Part shown: positions 52,033 through 64,000 of the stretch, piece by piece
Layout of the letters: each line of letters opens with the position of its first letter
Numbering within the stretch: the first letter of the stretch is position 1
Position numbers and translations under genes: made by a program
The notes under the pieces: generated by a model
What the model was told of the DNA's origin: nothing
Databases searched by the model: none
Seen by the model: only the letters and a program-made list of their open reading frames with translations
Assembly: GCA_964016885.1 (NCBI GenBank)
Contig: OZ024742.1
Location: 220,472,001 to 220,536,000 of the forward strand
Direction of reading: 5' to 3'
Length of the DNA stretch: 64,000 bases
DNA from: Eledone cirrhosa
Taxonomy: Eukaryota

Positions 52033-52387
52033 CCCTCTTCCTGCTATATAAAGTGTTAACCTAATATATCCCTTCCATATACTGTACTGATTGTGTTGTT
52101 ATTTATGTTTACCTTTTACTCAAATAGTCTCTTACAATTAAATAGCTCTAAGAAAATAGCTTTTCTGAGCCATGTAATATAATTGAATATACAATACAGG
52201 CTGTTGCCCAATATAGGTTTGTTATTATTTTTCTTAATTTACTACTTTAAATTAAGTCTGGCAAACCATATTGCTGTAGTTAGTATTTTTTCACCCTAGC
52301 AAACCTGGTCCTTTACAATTCGGACACATGTATGTTTATAATAGTGTTCATCTCTCTTGTATATTCAATTATAATATATACATATAT

Positions 52388-54323
52388 CACCTTGATCACC
52401 TTGACCGACCAGTCTGCCGGACGCCCATTCAGCACCGCTGGTCACAGCACGCCGTCCATTCCTCTCTGGATCGTGCTTTCCTCATCCATGTAGTCCCAAT
52501 CGTATTCTTAAAATCGTAACTCCACCCTCGTGGAGGCCTTCCGAGTGGTCGTTTCCGCTCGCGCGGGTACCACTCGGCAACTGCGCGGGTCCACCAATTA
52601 TCGGTGAACCGGGCGACGTGTCCAGCCCATCTGAACTTGCTGCGCATATATTCCGTGATGACGTCCCTCACGCCGGACTTCTGCCTGATGACTTCGCTCC
52701 TGATGTGCTCTCTCAACGAGATTCCTAGCATTGATCTCTCCATGTCTCTTTGAGCCGTTACCAGCCTCTGCTCTTCTCTCTTCGTTGTAGCCCAAGTTTC
52801 ACTGCCATATAACATTGCAGGTAAAACTGTGCTATTGAAGAGGTTGGCGCGGGTGGTCTTGTCCAACCTCCCCTTGAGCACATCCCTTATGCCGTTGAAC
52901 GCCTTCCACCCGGCCCTTACACTCCGCGAGATCTCCCTCTCAATGTCTTGGCGCATGTTTACTTCTTGTCCCAGGAAGACATATTCCTCCACCTCCTCTA
53001 TTTCATCACCGCCAACCACCATTCGACCTGTTGGTACGTTGTCGGACCGCATGAACTTCGTTTTCATGCGGTTCATCTTGAGGCCTACTGCAGAGCTTTT
53101 GATGTCGAGCTCCGTCAGCATGGTCTGAAGCTGATCCGTGGTTTCAGCGATGAGTACGATGTCATCAGCGAAACGGAGGTGGGTAAGTATCTCGCCGTTG
53201 ATGTTGACACCGCCTTGCCTGTCAATGCCTTTGATGATCTGCTCGAGACACGCGGTGAAAAGTTTTGGAGAGATCGTATCTCCTTGCTTCACTCCCTTCT
53301 CGACCGGCACTCGTACGGGTGATGACAGAGCTATGTCGGTGGTGCATCCGGAACTCGCATCCCTGAGCAGTTGAACGTATTGCACCTCGACTCCTTGCCT
53401 CTGCAGCGAGTTCAGTACTGCGTTGATTTCGACGCTGTCGAAGGCCTTCTCGTAGTCTACGAACGTGACGCAAAGAGGCATCTTGTACTCTTTTGCTCGC
53501 TCAAGCAGTTGTGTCAGAGTAAATATGTGGTCCATCGTACTGTAGTTTTTCCGGAAGCTGGCTTGCTCTCTCGGTTGCTGTTCGTCCAGATGACGTGATA
53601 ACCAGTTCAGGATTATCTTCGTGAACAGCTTGTACACGTGAGACAGCAGGCATATGGGTCGGTAGTTCTTCAGATATTCTCTATCGCCCTTCTTGTATAG
53701 CAGGATGGTATTCGACTCTTTCCACTGTGGGTATTCTTCCCTCGTCCAGATAGTGTGGGAATCGCTCGGCGAGGATTTTCCAGAGCTGCTCTCCGCCTGA
53801 CTTCAACACCTCCGATGTTATGCTGTCTTTCCCTCGTGCCTTTCCGATTTTCATGAAGGGGACGGCTCTTTCGACCTCACCGACAAGGATGGGTGGCACA
53901 TTTTCTTCCTGTTGGAGTGACGGCAACGGCTGCACATTCCCGGCAGACTTGAAGAGCTTGGTGTAGAAGTCTTCGCAAACCTTTTCCACCTCACTCTTGT
54001 CGCTGACCGGTACTCCAGCTGTGCTTTTCAGGGTCGTCACCTCCGATCTGTACATTGTCATAAGGAGTGTTTGAGAAAGGCTAAGGCTGTGTGCCCGAGG
54101 GAGCGGAAGGGAAGAGTCTCGGAGGAAACTATGAAGTTGTTTAAGAAGAGGAAGAATATGAAGAGGACACCTGAAGATCACCTCGAATATTCCCTTCTCA
54201 GCAGAGTGATACGTCAACAACTGAAGAGAGACTTCGAGGCATACCGGGTGGAGAAGCTCCTGAAGGCCGCAAAGGAAAAGAAGAGCCTCAAGAAATGCGA
54301 GAGGGACATGATATGACATGACA
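52388..54323 (-). mobile_element. GC-rich RTE LINE with a 5' inversion (twin-priming structure)
   Basis: 402-codon RT ORF 52429-53637 (VDYEKAFDS; QGDTISP; FADD); inverted upstream piece ~54063-54325; (TCAAGGTGA)2 tail; TSD-like ATATACATATAT. Confidence 0.9.
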
Positions 54324-54336
54324 ATATACATATATA

Positions 54337-55331
54337 TCCGTATATATATAAAATTAAGTATGTGTGTGTCTGTGTATTACCTATAGGGGCCTACATCTAC
54401 GACCGAATTTCATGAAACTTTACAGGCTCATAGATTAGTCATCGGGGAGTGTTTTCTATATATCAGCGTATAGTTTTTTTTTATTCCGGGGTCATTCTGC
54501 GGATAAAAATCGATAGGGGGGGGGGGGGGGGGGGCACCTTTTTTTAGGTATCGAAAAATAAGATTTTTGGCTCTAGCTCCCACATTTTGCCACCGATTTC
54601 GTTCAAATTTTAATGCAAAATAGAATTTATCATTGCACATCCTGTAATGGCTTTATATTTTGCATTTGTTGTTCAGGGATCGTGTGGCAACCGCTTAAAT
54701 ATTCAAAAATACCACTTTTTCGGCTCTAGGTCCCACATTAATCAACCTACTTTGTTCAAATTTTACACTATGCTAGATCTGATTATTTCACGTCTTAAAG
54801 TGGCTTTACATTTTGGATCTTTTGTTCAGGAACGGCGTGGCAGCCGCTTAAATATTCGAAAATACCACCTTTTCGCTCAAATTTCCGCCTTTTCGGCTCT
54901 ATCTCCCACATTTTTCAACCGATTTCGTTCAAATTCGAAACTTCGGCTCCACCTCACACATAAATCAATTTATTTGGTTCAACTTTTATACTACGATGGA
55001 ACCTATCATTGCACATCTTATAGATGGTCAAAGACAAAACGATGGCCACTGGCGTCGTCTGAGCTTTTAGAATTTGAGAATTCATCGGTTTCCAATCAAG
55101 TAACGTGAGGAAATTTGGTTTAGTGTTAGAGGTCATTACCTCCATCCCCCAGCATCCCCCGTCGTCAGTCACCCGCGTTTCTCAGTGATGGAGGTCATCA
55201 CCACCCTCCCCCCCGCATGGCCTGTGTGTGGCCATAGATGAGTCATCGAGAAGCAGTGGCTAATATCAACACCTTTTCATCAAAGCAGATATTATTTTAC
55301 CTACCCAGGCAACGCTGGATACTGCTGCTAG
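54337..55331 (+). mobile_element. Non-autonomous Helitron
   Basis: 5' TC, 3' hairpin CCAGGCAACGCTGG followed by CTAG; inserted between A and T; internal diverged duplications. Confidence 0.75.
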
Positions 55332-55791
55332 TATATATATAATTGTGTGTGTGTGTGTGTATCTATGTGGGCCCCTTTTGATCATGATTGAGCATGAGTT
55401 AGCACCTGGGAAATATTTATCCAAAAGAAAAAGAAAAGCCAATGCAGAAAGCAAAGGGTTGAAAGAGATACTACAAGGCATCATATCCAATGCTCTATCA
55501 ATCTTGCCATAACATCAGCCTGAACTGGGACTCTCTGTGACATCACAGAATGGGAGACATGAAGTAGCATTAGTGTCACGAGCTCTCTCACCCACTTGGT
55601 GAATGATCGTTGTTCCATGCGTGGGGGACACATGGTGATATTTTCTAGCCATAGGATAGAGTTAGGCTGGGTGCTTACCGATCATGGATATACCACATTC
55701 TGGCAAAGATCAACCAGTGAGACATCCTGCAAGGTAAGTGAGCTACATTTTCTCCCCTTATACCACACTTTTCATACAATATTGTTTACAT

Positions 55792-56083
55792 CAGGCATGG
55801 GCAACATTTTTCGAGAAGTGGGCCACAGGAGATATGTTTCATCATCAGGCTGGCCACAAGCACTAATTTACAATCGTATCCACATTAAAAAAAAGGGGCG
55901 GTAACTCGGGTTGTTTTGATTTTTTTCTTCTGAATTCGTACACGTTGTTTTCCTTGATCATAAAAATGATAGAAATATAAATTACAACTGAAAAGTTAGG
56001 GTAAAAACATCAGAAAGATTTCACTTAGGTGACTTAGGTGAGCCATTCAGAAAGCTTCGCGGGCTGCAGGTTTCCCATGACTG
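55792..56083 (-). mobile_element. hAT-type MITE, same family as 18597
   Basis: CAG/CTG termini; perfect TSD GTTTACAT. Confidence 0.9.
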
Positions 56084-56289
56084 GTTTACATCTTGAAATT
56101 TGTTCCATTTAGCCATCTAATTTAGATGGAAATTGTTGCGTAAAGTTTGTTAAAAGATTTTTGTGACAATTCAGGTTAAAGACATTGCTGATCTCAAGTG
56201 AAACAACTTTATTTACATTGAATTCCTAATTGAAGGTTATGTGTAAATATATGTTTGTGAATGAATATATATATATACATATATATATA

Positions 56290-56512
56290 TCATCATCATC
56301 ATCATCATCATTTTACGTCCACTTTTCCCTGCTTGCAAGGATGGGACGGGAACTGATTCTGGTTTGATTTCTACAGCTGGATGCCCTTCCTAACACCAGC
56401 CTCATTTACAGTGAGTGCTGGGTGCTTTTTTGCCGTGGCGCCTACACATCCACTTTACAGTGTGGGCTGGGTGCTTTTTTGCCGTGGAACCTCCACGACC
56501 ACTTTGCAGTGG
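56290..56512 (-). mobile_element. RTE 3'-UTR-derived fragment
   Basis: (CAT)n tail plus matches to the 42861-43130 and 37325-37380 ends. Confidence 0.8.
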
Positions 56513-56549
56513 AATGATATGGACCCCAGTCCCTATCATCTCATTTCCA

Positions 56550-56682
56550 CAGCTGAGTAAACTGGAGCAATGTGAAATAAAGTGTCTTGCTCAAGGAAAC
56601 AACACATCATCTGGTCTGAGAATTGAACTCACAACCTTTCAATTGCAAGGCCAATGCTCTAACCACTAAGCCATGTGCCTCC
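56550..56682 (-). mobile_element. CORE-like SINE family C, 5' part
   Basis: Reverse complement GGAGGCACATGGCTTAGTGGTTAG...GAGTTCAATTCTC...TTCCTTGAGCAAGACAC. Confidence 0.75.
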
Positions 56683-56858
<176 letters not shown>

Positions 56859-58010
56859 CTTAGTAACTATATATACCTGTATGCATATAAATGAGTAGGT
56901 TAATGTATGTGTATGAGTATGTTAATAAATGTGTGTATGTATATAAATATATATTTGTACATTGAGCATTGGAGATGAATGCAAATATGTCTGTCTGTGT
57001 ATTTATGTATTCATGTATTAATGTGTATTTGTGAATTTATATGTGTTTATGTGAATGAATGTGTGTGTAAATGAAAGTACTTTTTACAGCCTATACATAA
57101 GCTCATATACACATACATTCATACGGTCACAAGCACATTCCCACTCATGCACATTTATATACTCACAAACACACATAATAGACTCCTCACCGACACTTTA
57201 CACTAACAACTGGTTCTGCCAGTTTGCTATTGTTGGCACCTATGACAAAGAAAAGTTACAGATGAATATTGTCAACTTTTCGTGTGGGAAGTTGACAGGC
57301 AAGTTTGATTGTGGGTTGTATTGGGTTAAAAAAGACAGTTTGAGCTCTGTGTGGGAGGGAGGTGTCTGTGTGCGAATATATGTGTGTATGTGTTTCTGTA
57401 TGTGTGTGTGTGTACCTGTGTGTGTCTAATGACATCATACAAGTCACATACCAGATTTCTGACACTCAAAACATAGAGAGTTACAGAAGAGGTTAGGCAA
57501 AACTGACCACAAAACCCTAAGGATTATTTACTTTGAATGTGTAGAGGTGAGTCCTTGATTATTTTTATCCTCCTTACCCTAGGTATTTACCTACCCTATA
57601 CAAATTAGACACATTATCTACTTGGAAATGCTTGGGCTTGAACAAAACAGACTGGCATCAACATATAACTAATTAAAGTTTATACGGAAACAAGATAACA
57701 ACTACAATTGCTCATAGATGGTTATAATTTGCAGGACATTGCTGGAGAAGTAAGCAGCAAATTATACACAAGCTACTATTGTGGGAACCAACTCACGAGA
57801 GATGCAGTAGAGGAAGACCTGCTCGAACCTTCATCAATCAACTCTCAGACGATACAAACCTCAGTAGGGAGCAGTTACCAGGAGAAATGGAAAATCATGA
57901 ATTGTGGAGAGACTTTTTCAGGAATGTTTGACTGTGGTCACACTGATGATGACTTAGTTGCCTACTTATTGTATCTAGCTAGTTAGATAGCTGTTAGCTC
58001 TCTATCTTAA

Positions 58011-58223
58011 CCCTTTAGCATTTACATTACTTTATATATACTATTGTATGTTCATGGTAAAGGCTTTATCTCACATAATATTGAATCTACGAGATTTTGA
58101 TACTATATATTTTGAGAACATTACCTTAACATCTGTATGAGTGGCCAGCTGGTTTACAGCTGGTTTGAACAGAAAGAGGTGATAAAATTCTGGCCGGATA
58201 TGGCCAGTTTAAATGCTAAAGGG
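58011..58223. mobile_element. piggyBac-like MITE
   Basis: TTAA|CCCTTTAGCATTTA...TAAATGCTAAAGGG|TTAA. Confidence 0.9.
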
Positions 58224-59004
58224 TTAACCTTCTACACCAGGGGTCTCAAACTCAACAACTCAAATGTGCTATTACATTCTGTGGAAGTGGTCCAACAAGC
58301 CAAAAGGGAGATAAGTTGGGTAGATTGGAGTGATTTCCACCAGTTATAATGCTAATCTGCAATGCAGCTAATAGGCTGCTATGTTTTTTTGTTTTGTTTT
58401 TTCATCAAAATGAATACACATATAACAATACGTGAGATATTTGAATAAGTACAAAATGTAGGGGAACACATTTCCCATTTTTTTTCTTAATTCTATATTT
58501 ACTTTTGATAAATTTCCTTTTTCCCGTTTTCACTTTTAAAAAATACCATTTTTTCCATTTTATTGTATTTCATAGGGAAATTATGATAAATTGTACTATA
58601 ATTATGATTAAAACAGGGACACATTACCTAGTTTTAGGAAAATATTAGTCTCAGAAATTGTTTTGCTGTGGACCATATTTTCTTTATCTGTGTCCTGCTA
58701 TCAATCAATATCATGTTATACTACTACTACTATTAAATTCAACCACTTCTTTGTGGTGACATGATAAAACCTTTCCATTTCACACAATCCAACATTAACT
58801 GCTTCAGTTCTTCACTGGATAATTCTGTATCTTCCTCAATGACTCTCTTTAATGTCTTGAGAGGTCTTCCACATTACGTATCACATTAGTGGGCTCCCAT
58901 AGTAGAAGTTTTGTAGCAGGTTCATTGCCTCATATGATATGACCTGCAAGTCAAAGACACCTGATATTGGACGGTCTAATCTACTTATATTCACGGTCCT
59001 CTAC

Positions 59005-61131
59005 ACTCGTGGTCAGACTCACAAATCAGGATCAACCTAAACTAATAGATTCTCTCATGGTCAGAGTCAGACTCACACATCAGAGTCAACCTAAACTGCT
59101 AGTCAACTTCTCTCATGGTTAGACTCACACATCAGAGTCAACCTAAACTGCTAGTCAGCTTCTCTCGTGGTTAGACTCACACATCAGAGTCAACCTAACC
59201 TTTTAGCATTTACATTATTCTATACTTATAATTGTATTTTCACAGTAAAGGCTTTATTTTACATAATTATCTATGTAATATCAAATATACAAGAGTTTGA
59301 TGTCACTTATTTTGAGAAGAATTCTTTAATATAGGTATGAGCAGCCAGTTACGGCTGGTTTGAACAGAAAGAGGTGAGAGAATTCTGGCCTGATATGGCT
59401 GGTTTAAATACTAAAGAGCTAAACTGATAGTCAGACCCTCACATCAAGGTCAACCTAAAATACTAATCAGATTCTCTCATGGTCAGACTCATGCATCAGG
59501 GTCAACGTAAAGTACTAATCAGCTTCTCTCATGGTCAGACTCATGCATCAGGGTCAACCTAAACTACAAGTCAGATTCTTTCATGGTCAGACCCTCACAT
59601 CAAGGTCAACCTAACTGTTAGTCAGATTCTCTCATGGTAAGACCCGCACATCAGGGTCAACCTAACTGTTAGTCAGATTCTCTCATGGTAAGACCCGCAC
59701 ATCAGGGTCAACCTAAACTGATAGTCAGACCAACACATCAGGGTCAACTTAAACTGATAGTCAGACCCGCACATCAGGGTCAACCTAAACTACAAGTCAG
59801 ATTCTTTCATGGTCAGACCCTCACATCAAGGTCAACCTAACTGTTAGTCAGATTCTCTCATGGTAAGACCCGCACATCAGGGTCAACCTAACTGTTAGTC
59901 AGATTCTCTCATGGTAAGACCCGCACATCAGGGTCAACCTAAACTGATAGTCACACCAACACATCAGGGTCAACTTAAACTGATAGTCAGACCAACACAT
60001 CAGGGTCAACTTAAACTGATAGTCAGACCCGCACATCAGGGTCAACTTAAACTGATAGTCAGACCAACACATCAGGGTCAACTTAAACTGATAGTCAGAC
60101 CCGCACATCAGGGTCAACTTAAACTGATAGTCAGACCAACACATCAGGGTCAACTTAAACTGATAGTCAGACCCTCACATCAGGGTCAACTTAAACTGAT
60201 AGTCAGACCCGCACATCAGGGTCAACTTAAACTGATAGTCAGACCAACACATCAGGGTCAACTTAAACTGATAGTCAGACCCGCACATCAGGGTCAACTC
60301 AAACTGATAGTCAGACCCTTACATCAGGGTCAACTTAAACTGATAGTCAGACCAACACATCAGGGTCAACTTAAACTGATAGTCAGACCCACACATCAGG
60401 GTCAACTTAAACTGATAGTCAGACCAACACATCAGGGTCAACTTAAACTGATAGTCAGACCAACACATCAGGGTCAACTTAAACTGATAGTCAGACCAAC
60501 ACATCAGGGTCAACTTAAACTGATAGTCAGACCAACACATCAGGGTCAACTTAAACTGATAGTCAGACCAACACATCAGGGTCAACTTAAACTGATAGTC
60601 AGACCAACACATCAGGGTCAACTTAAACTGATAGTCAGACCAACACATCAGGGTCAACTTAAACTGATAGTCAGACCCACACATCAGGGTCAACTTAAAC
60701 TGATAGTCAGACCAACACATCAGGGTCAACTTAAACTGATAGTCAGACCAACACATCAGGGTCAACTTAAACTGATAGTCAGACCAACACATCAGGGTCA
60801 ACTTAAACTGATAGTCAGACCAACACATCAGGGTCAACTTAAACTGATAGTCAGACCAACACATCAGGGTCAACTTAAACTGATAGTCAGACCCGCACAT
60901 CAGGGTTCAACTTAAACTGATAGTCAGACCAACACATCAGGGTCAACTTAAACTGATAGTCAGACCCACACATCAGGGTCAACTTAAACTGATAGTCAGA
61001 CCAACACATCAGGGTCAACTTAAACTGATAGTCAGACCCACACATCAGGGTCAACTTAAACTGATAGTCAGACCAACACATCAGGGTCAACTTAAACTGA
61101 TAGTCAGCTTCTCTCATGGTCAGACTCACAC
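59005..61131. repeat. Satellite array: diverged ~50-52-bp units grading into homogeneous 36-bp units
   Basis: 36-mer CAGGGTCAACTTAAACTGATAGTCAGACCAACACAT, ~32 copies over 59930-61108. Confidence 0.95.
59199..59418. mobile_element. piggyBac-like MITE inserted in the satellite (CTAA target)
   Basis: Homologous to the 58011 copy; flanked by CTAA on both sides. Confidence 0.85.
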
Positions 61132-61517
61132 ACCACTTATATTTGCCCACACTCAGTCAGTTTCTTGTTGTCAACCTCACTTGTGTTTGCCGACAATCAG
61201 CTTCCAATAACTACCTTCAGTTATGTTTGTCCACACTCATACTCAGTTACCTTCTCTTGTCTGCCTACTCTCATAGTGGTGCTGGTGGTGCTGTTAGTTG
61301 TGATGAGCGGGTTGTGATGGTGGTGGGAGTGATGGCGGGAGTGCCGATGGTGGTGGTGGTGGTGGACAGGTTGCCATGATGCTGGTGGACAAGTTGTCAT
61401 GATGGTGGTGGGTGGGTTGTGATGGTGAAGGTGGGCAAATTGTAATGGTGGTAGTGGTGGTGTCGGGAAGTGTCTAGGTGGGTAGGAACATCTCAATAGT
61501 CGCCATTATAACCTCTC

Positions 61518-61706
61518 TAGGGTGGTGAATTGGCAGTATCAGTAGAGGGTTGGACGCTATGCTTTCTAGCATAGTTACGTCCCTTTACGGTCTAAGTTCA
61601 AATCCTGTCGAGGTTAACTTTGCCTTTCATCCTTACGGGGGGTCAATAAAATAAAGTACCAATAATGTACTGAGTAATTGCTGGCCATGTTCCAAAAGTA
61701 GAAACA
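61518..61706 (+). mobile_element. SINE family A
   Basis: Homologous to the 2445 copy; TSD ATTATAACCTCTCT. Confidence 0.9.
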
Positions 61707-62765
61707 ATTATAACCTCTCTTTGGTAGTTCTCAACATCTATCAAGGAAACATTGTTTCCTTGGTCCGATTTGAAGAGTTCCACCCCACCTGGTAAATGAA
61801 TGAGGTCTGGGTTTTGCCGATCGTTAAGAGTGAGAGACCTTCCTAATATATTTACAATATATCTTACAAAGTATCTCTATAACATTACATTTCTATAGTA
61901 ACTCTACAACAAAATGTTTCAGTCAACACCCATTGATTTCAATGCCATGAATTACACAAATGAGGAGGTGGTTTACCTATAGTATTATACCTACATGCCA
62001 TGTATTTTACCTGTGGAATTCCAATACACAAACGTATATATCAGTCATTTGAGTTTAAGTAAGAAACAATTTCCATGACAAAAAGGAAATTGTAAAATTT
62101 AAAAGAAAAAGAAAAAAAGCAGAGAAAACAACTGACTCATAAAATAGATTCAGTTGATCACAGTGGGAGGGGGAGAGAAAGAGATAGAGAGCAAGAGGGG
62201 AGAGAGAGGAGGAAGGAGAGAGCAGAGGAAGTTGAAAATATACTCAGATATATACACATAAATAGAAGTAGAATGTTTATACCGGGTTTCTTTACATAAA
62301 AAAAAACTTTGTCACATTGATTAACTACAAGGTTTGTGTTAGACATTTTAAGAGGATATGCATATGATATTCAAATAGGTACATACACCCATTAATGAGC
62401 ATATATGCACACACAAATGCACGCATACACCTGCACCTGCACATATACACTTCCATATGCCACAACATGTCTACATACACTCACGCGCATAAACAAATAT
62501 GCTCTCACACTCATGAATGTGTACATACATGCATACACACACATACAAACACACATGCATGCACAAATATACCGTATATACTTGAATATAATTCAATTCC
62601 CCCACCCCTATTTTATGTCTGAGAAATGAGCCAAAATCCAAACCCAAGCCAAGGCAGCATCAACACATATTTAGATGGCGCGGTTTTGAAATTCTCATGA
62701 GTATAAAAGATATATATGGAATTTTAATATTTTGATGTTTAAAATGTTTTAAGTGTCGTTTAGAG

Positions 62766-62957
62766 CAGGATGTCAAACGTGCAGCATGCAGGCCGCAAGC
62801 ACACCTGCGGCCCACACAAAGGTTTTTTCCAGCATGAGCGTAATATAAAATTAAAAAATATTAGTTGTAATTTGCGCAATTAGTTGTCATGTGTGGCCCT
62901 CAGACAACACATATGTGAGCCACGTGGCCCTCGGGGAGCCCCAGTTTGACATGCCTG
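62766..62957. mobile_element. hAT-type MITE
   Basis: CAGGATGTCAAAC / GTTTGACATGCCTG TIRs; TSD GTTTAGAG. Confidence 0.9.
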
Positions 62958-63263
62958 GTTTAGAGTATAGTTTCAGGTTCACAACTCCATTGAGTAATGC
63001 TATTTTACTATTTCATTCGTTTTATAGTTTCAACAAGTTTATCAAACTTTTGTTCACTTCTAGCCACTCACATGCTGGAAGTAGTTGAAAGCAAGAGATT
63101 GAATAAGGAACTTTGTATAGGGATTCATAGAGTAGAAGAAGAAGAGAGAGACAGCAAGTGAGAAACGAAGAGAAGAGAAAGAGCGGGTGAGAGCAATGAA
63201 ACACAAGTCAAAATTAAAATTTCAATCTTACGTAAGATTGAAAGAAAAAGTGTGTGTGAGTGT

Positions 63264-63568
63264 GCAAACCTGCCAACCTCTAAAACCCCAAATGGGGAGT
63301 ACCATGAAAAAGTGCCCCAAAACAGGGAGAGATGAGGCAAAATGGGGAGATTTCACATAATGAAAGCTATACCCATTTTCACAAGACAAGACATCTCTTA
63401 CCAAAGCAAATAAAAATATTGCAAAATATTCTGAACGGGGAGTTTTCATGGGGAGATTTTTTTAAGTTTGTCAAAAATGGGGAGATTTTATGCCCTAATG
63501 GGGAGTCGAGGAGAAATGTGCCAAAACGGGGAGATCTCCCTGCTGAATGAGGAGAGTTGACAGGTCTG
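63264..63568. mobile_element. MITE with internal GGGGAG repeats
   Basis: CAAACCTGCCAAC / GTTGACAGGTCTG TIRs. Confidence 0.7.
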
Positions 63569-64000
63569 GTGTATGTGTGCATATATGTGCATGTACATGT
63601 GTGTGTGCATGTGTGTATGTATGTTTGTGCATGCATGTATGCGTATATGTATAGGGGATATTTATGTATTAAAATGTTTTATTATAAAAGTTTATTGGGA
63701 ATATTTTTAAATGAATGCATAAATAACACTAATGACAATGTAGTAAAGGTGGAAAAACTGTTTTATTGTAAAATAATCACTCCAGATATTTTAGCACCTT
63801 ATTTACATAGAATTTGAAGTTGGTGAAAATGAGTAAAATATTGACCTTGAAGTATATACAGTATATATATTTATGTATGAACCTGCACTGTAACTCCTGA
63901 TAGAGATGTAGTATCTTGAGCACTTTAAACTTGGCAGAGTCCATCCCCTCTCCAAGTCTGAACACAACCAATTTCTTGCAAAGAAGGAGAGAAAGTAAAA

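Noticed and set aside
53681-54331. 216-aa ORF as a novel protein
   Set aside because: It reads through the RTE inversion junction; its N-terminal part is antisense RTE sequence
59911-60915. 334-aa repetitive ORF (HQGQLKLIVRPT)n, or a CRISPR-like array
   Set aside because: A 36-bp unit without a stop in one frame gives an ORF automatically; units are head-to-tail with no unique spacers and there are no cas genes

Overview
AT-rich, microsatellite-laden eukaryotic (animal) DNA made almost entirely of transposable elements. The SINE/RTE/Penelope mix suggests a mollusc, probably an octopus-like cephalopod (inference). I could not support any intact host protein-coding gene, rRNA, tRNA gene or CRISPR array. 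Contents: two decayed Gypsy LTR retrotransposons and two solo LTRs; two CRE-clade (RT plus restriction-like endonuclease) non-LTR elements; several RTE LINEs, one with a twin-priming 5' inversion; several Naiad-type Penelope-like elements (PLEs) with GIY-YIG nucleases; a deleted mariner; hAT, piggyBac-like and Helitron non-autonomous elements; tRNA-derived SINEs; and a 52-bp to 36-bp satellite. Main signals: (1) a dense set of type I hammerhead ribozyme (HHR) motifs from several families, some with non-canonical cores, in small PLE-derived or retrozyme-like units that sit in (TA)n tracts and often form inverted pairs; (2) a 497-codon in-frame chimeric ORF joining a PLE Zn-finger/GIY-YIG N-half to a CRE reverse transcriptase; (3) a Gypsy element whose 5' LTR is split by a ~0.9-kb inversion. 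All structures were read and paired by eye, so boundaries are approximate.
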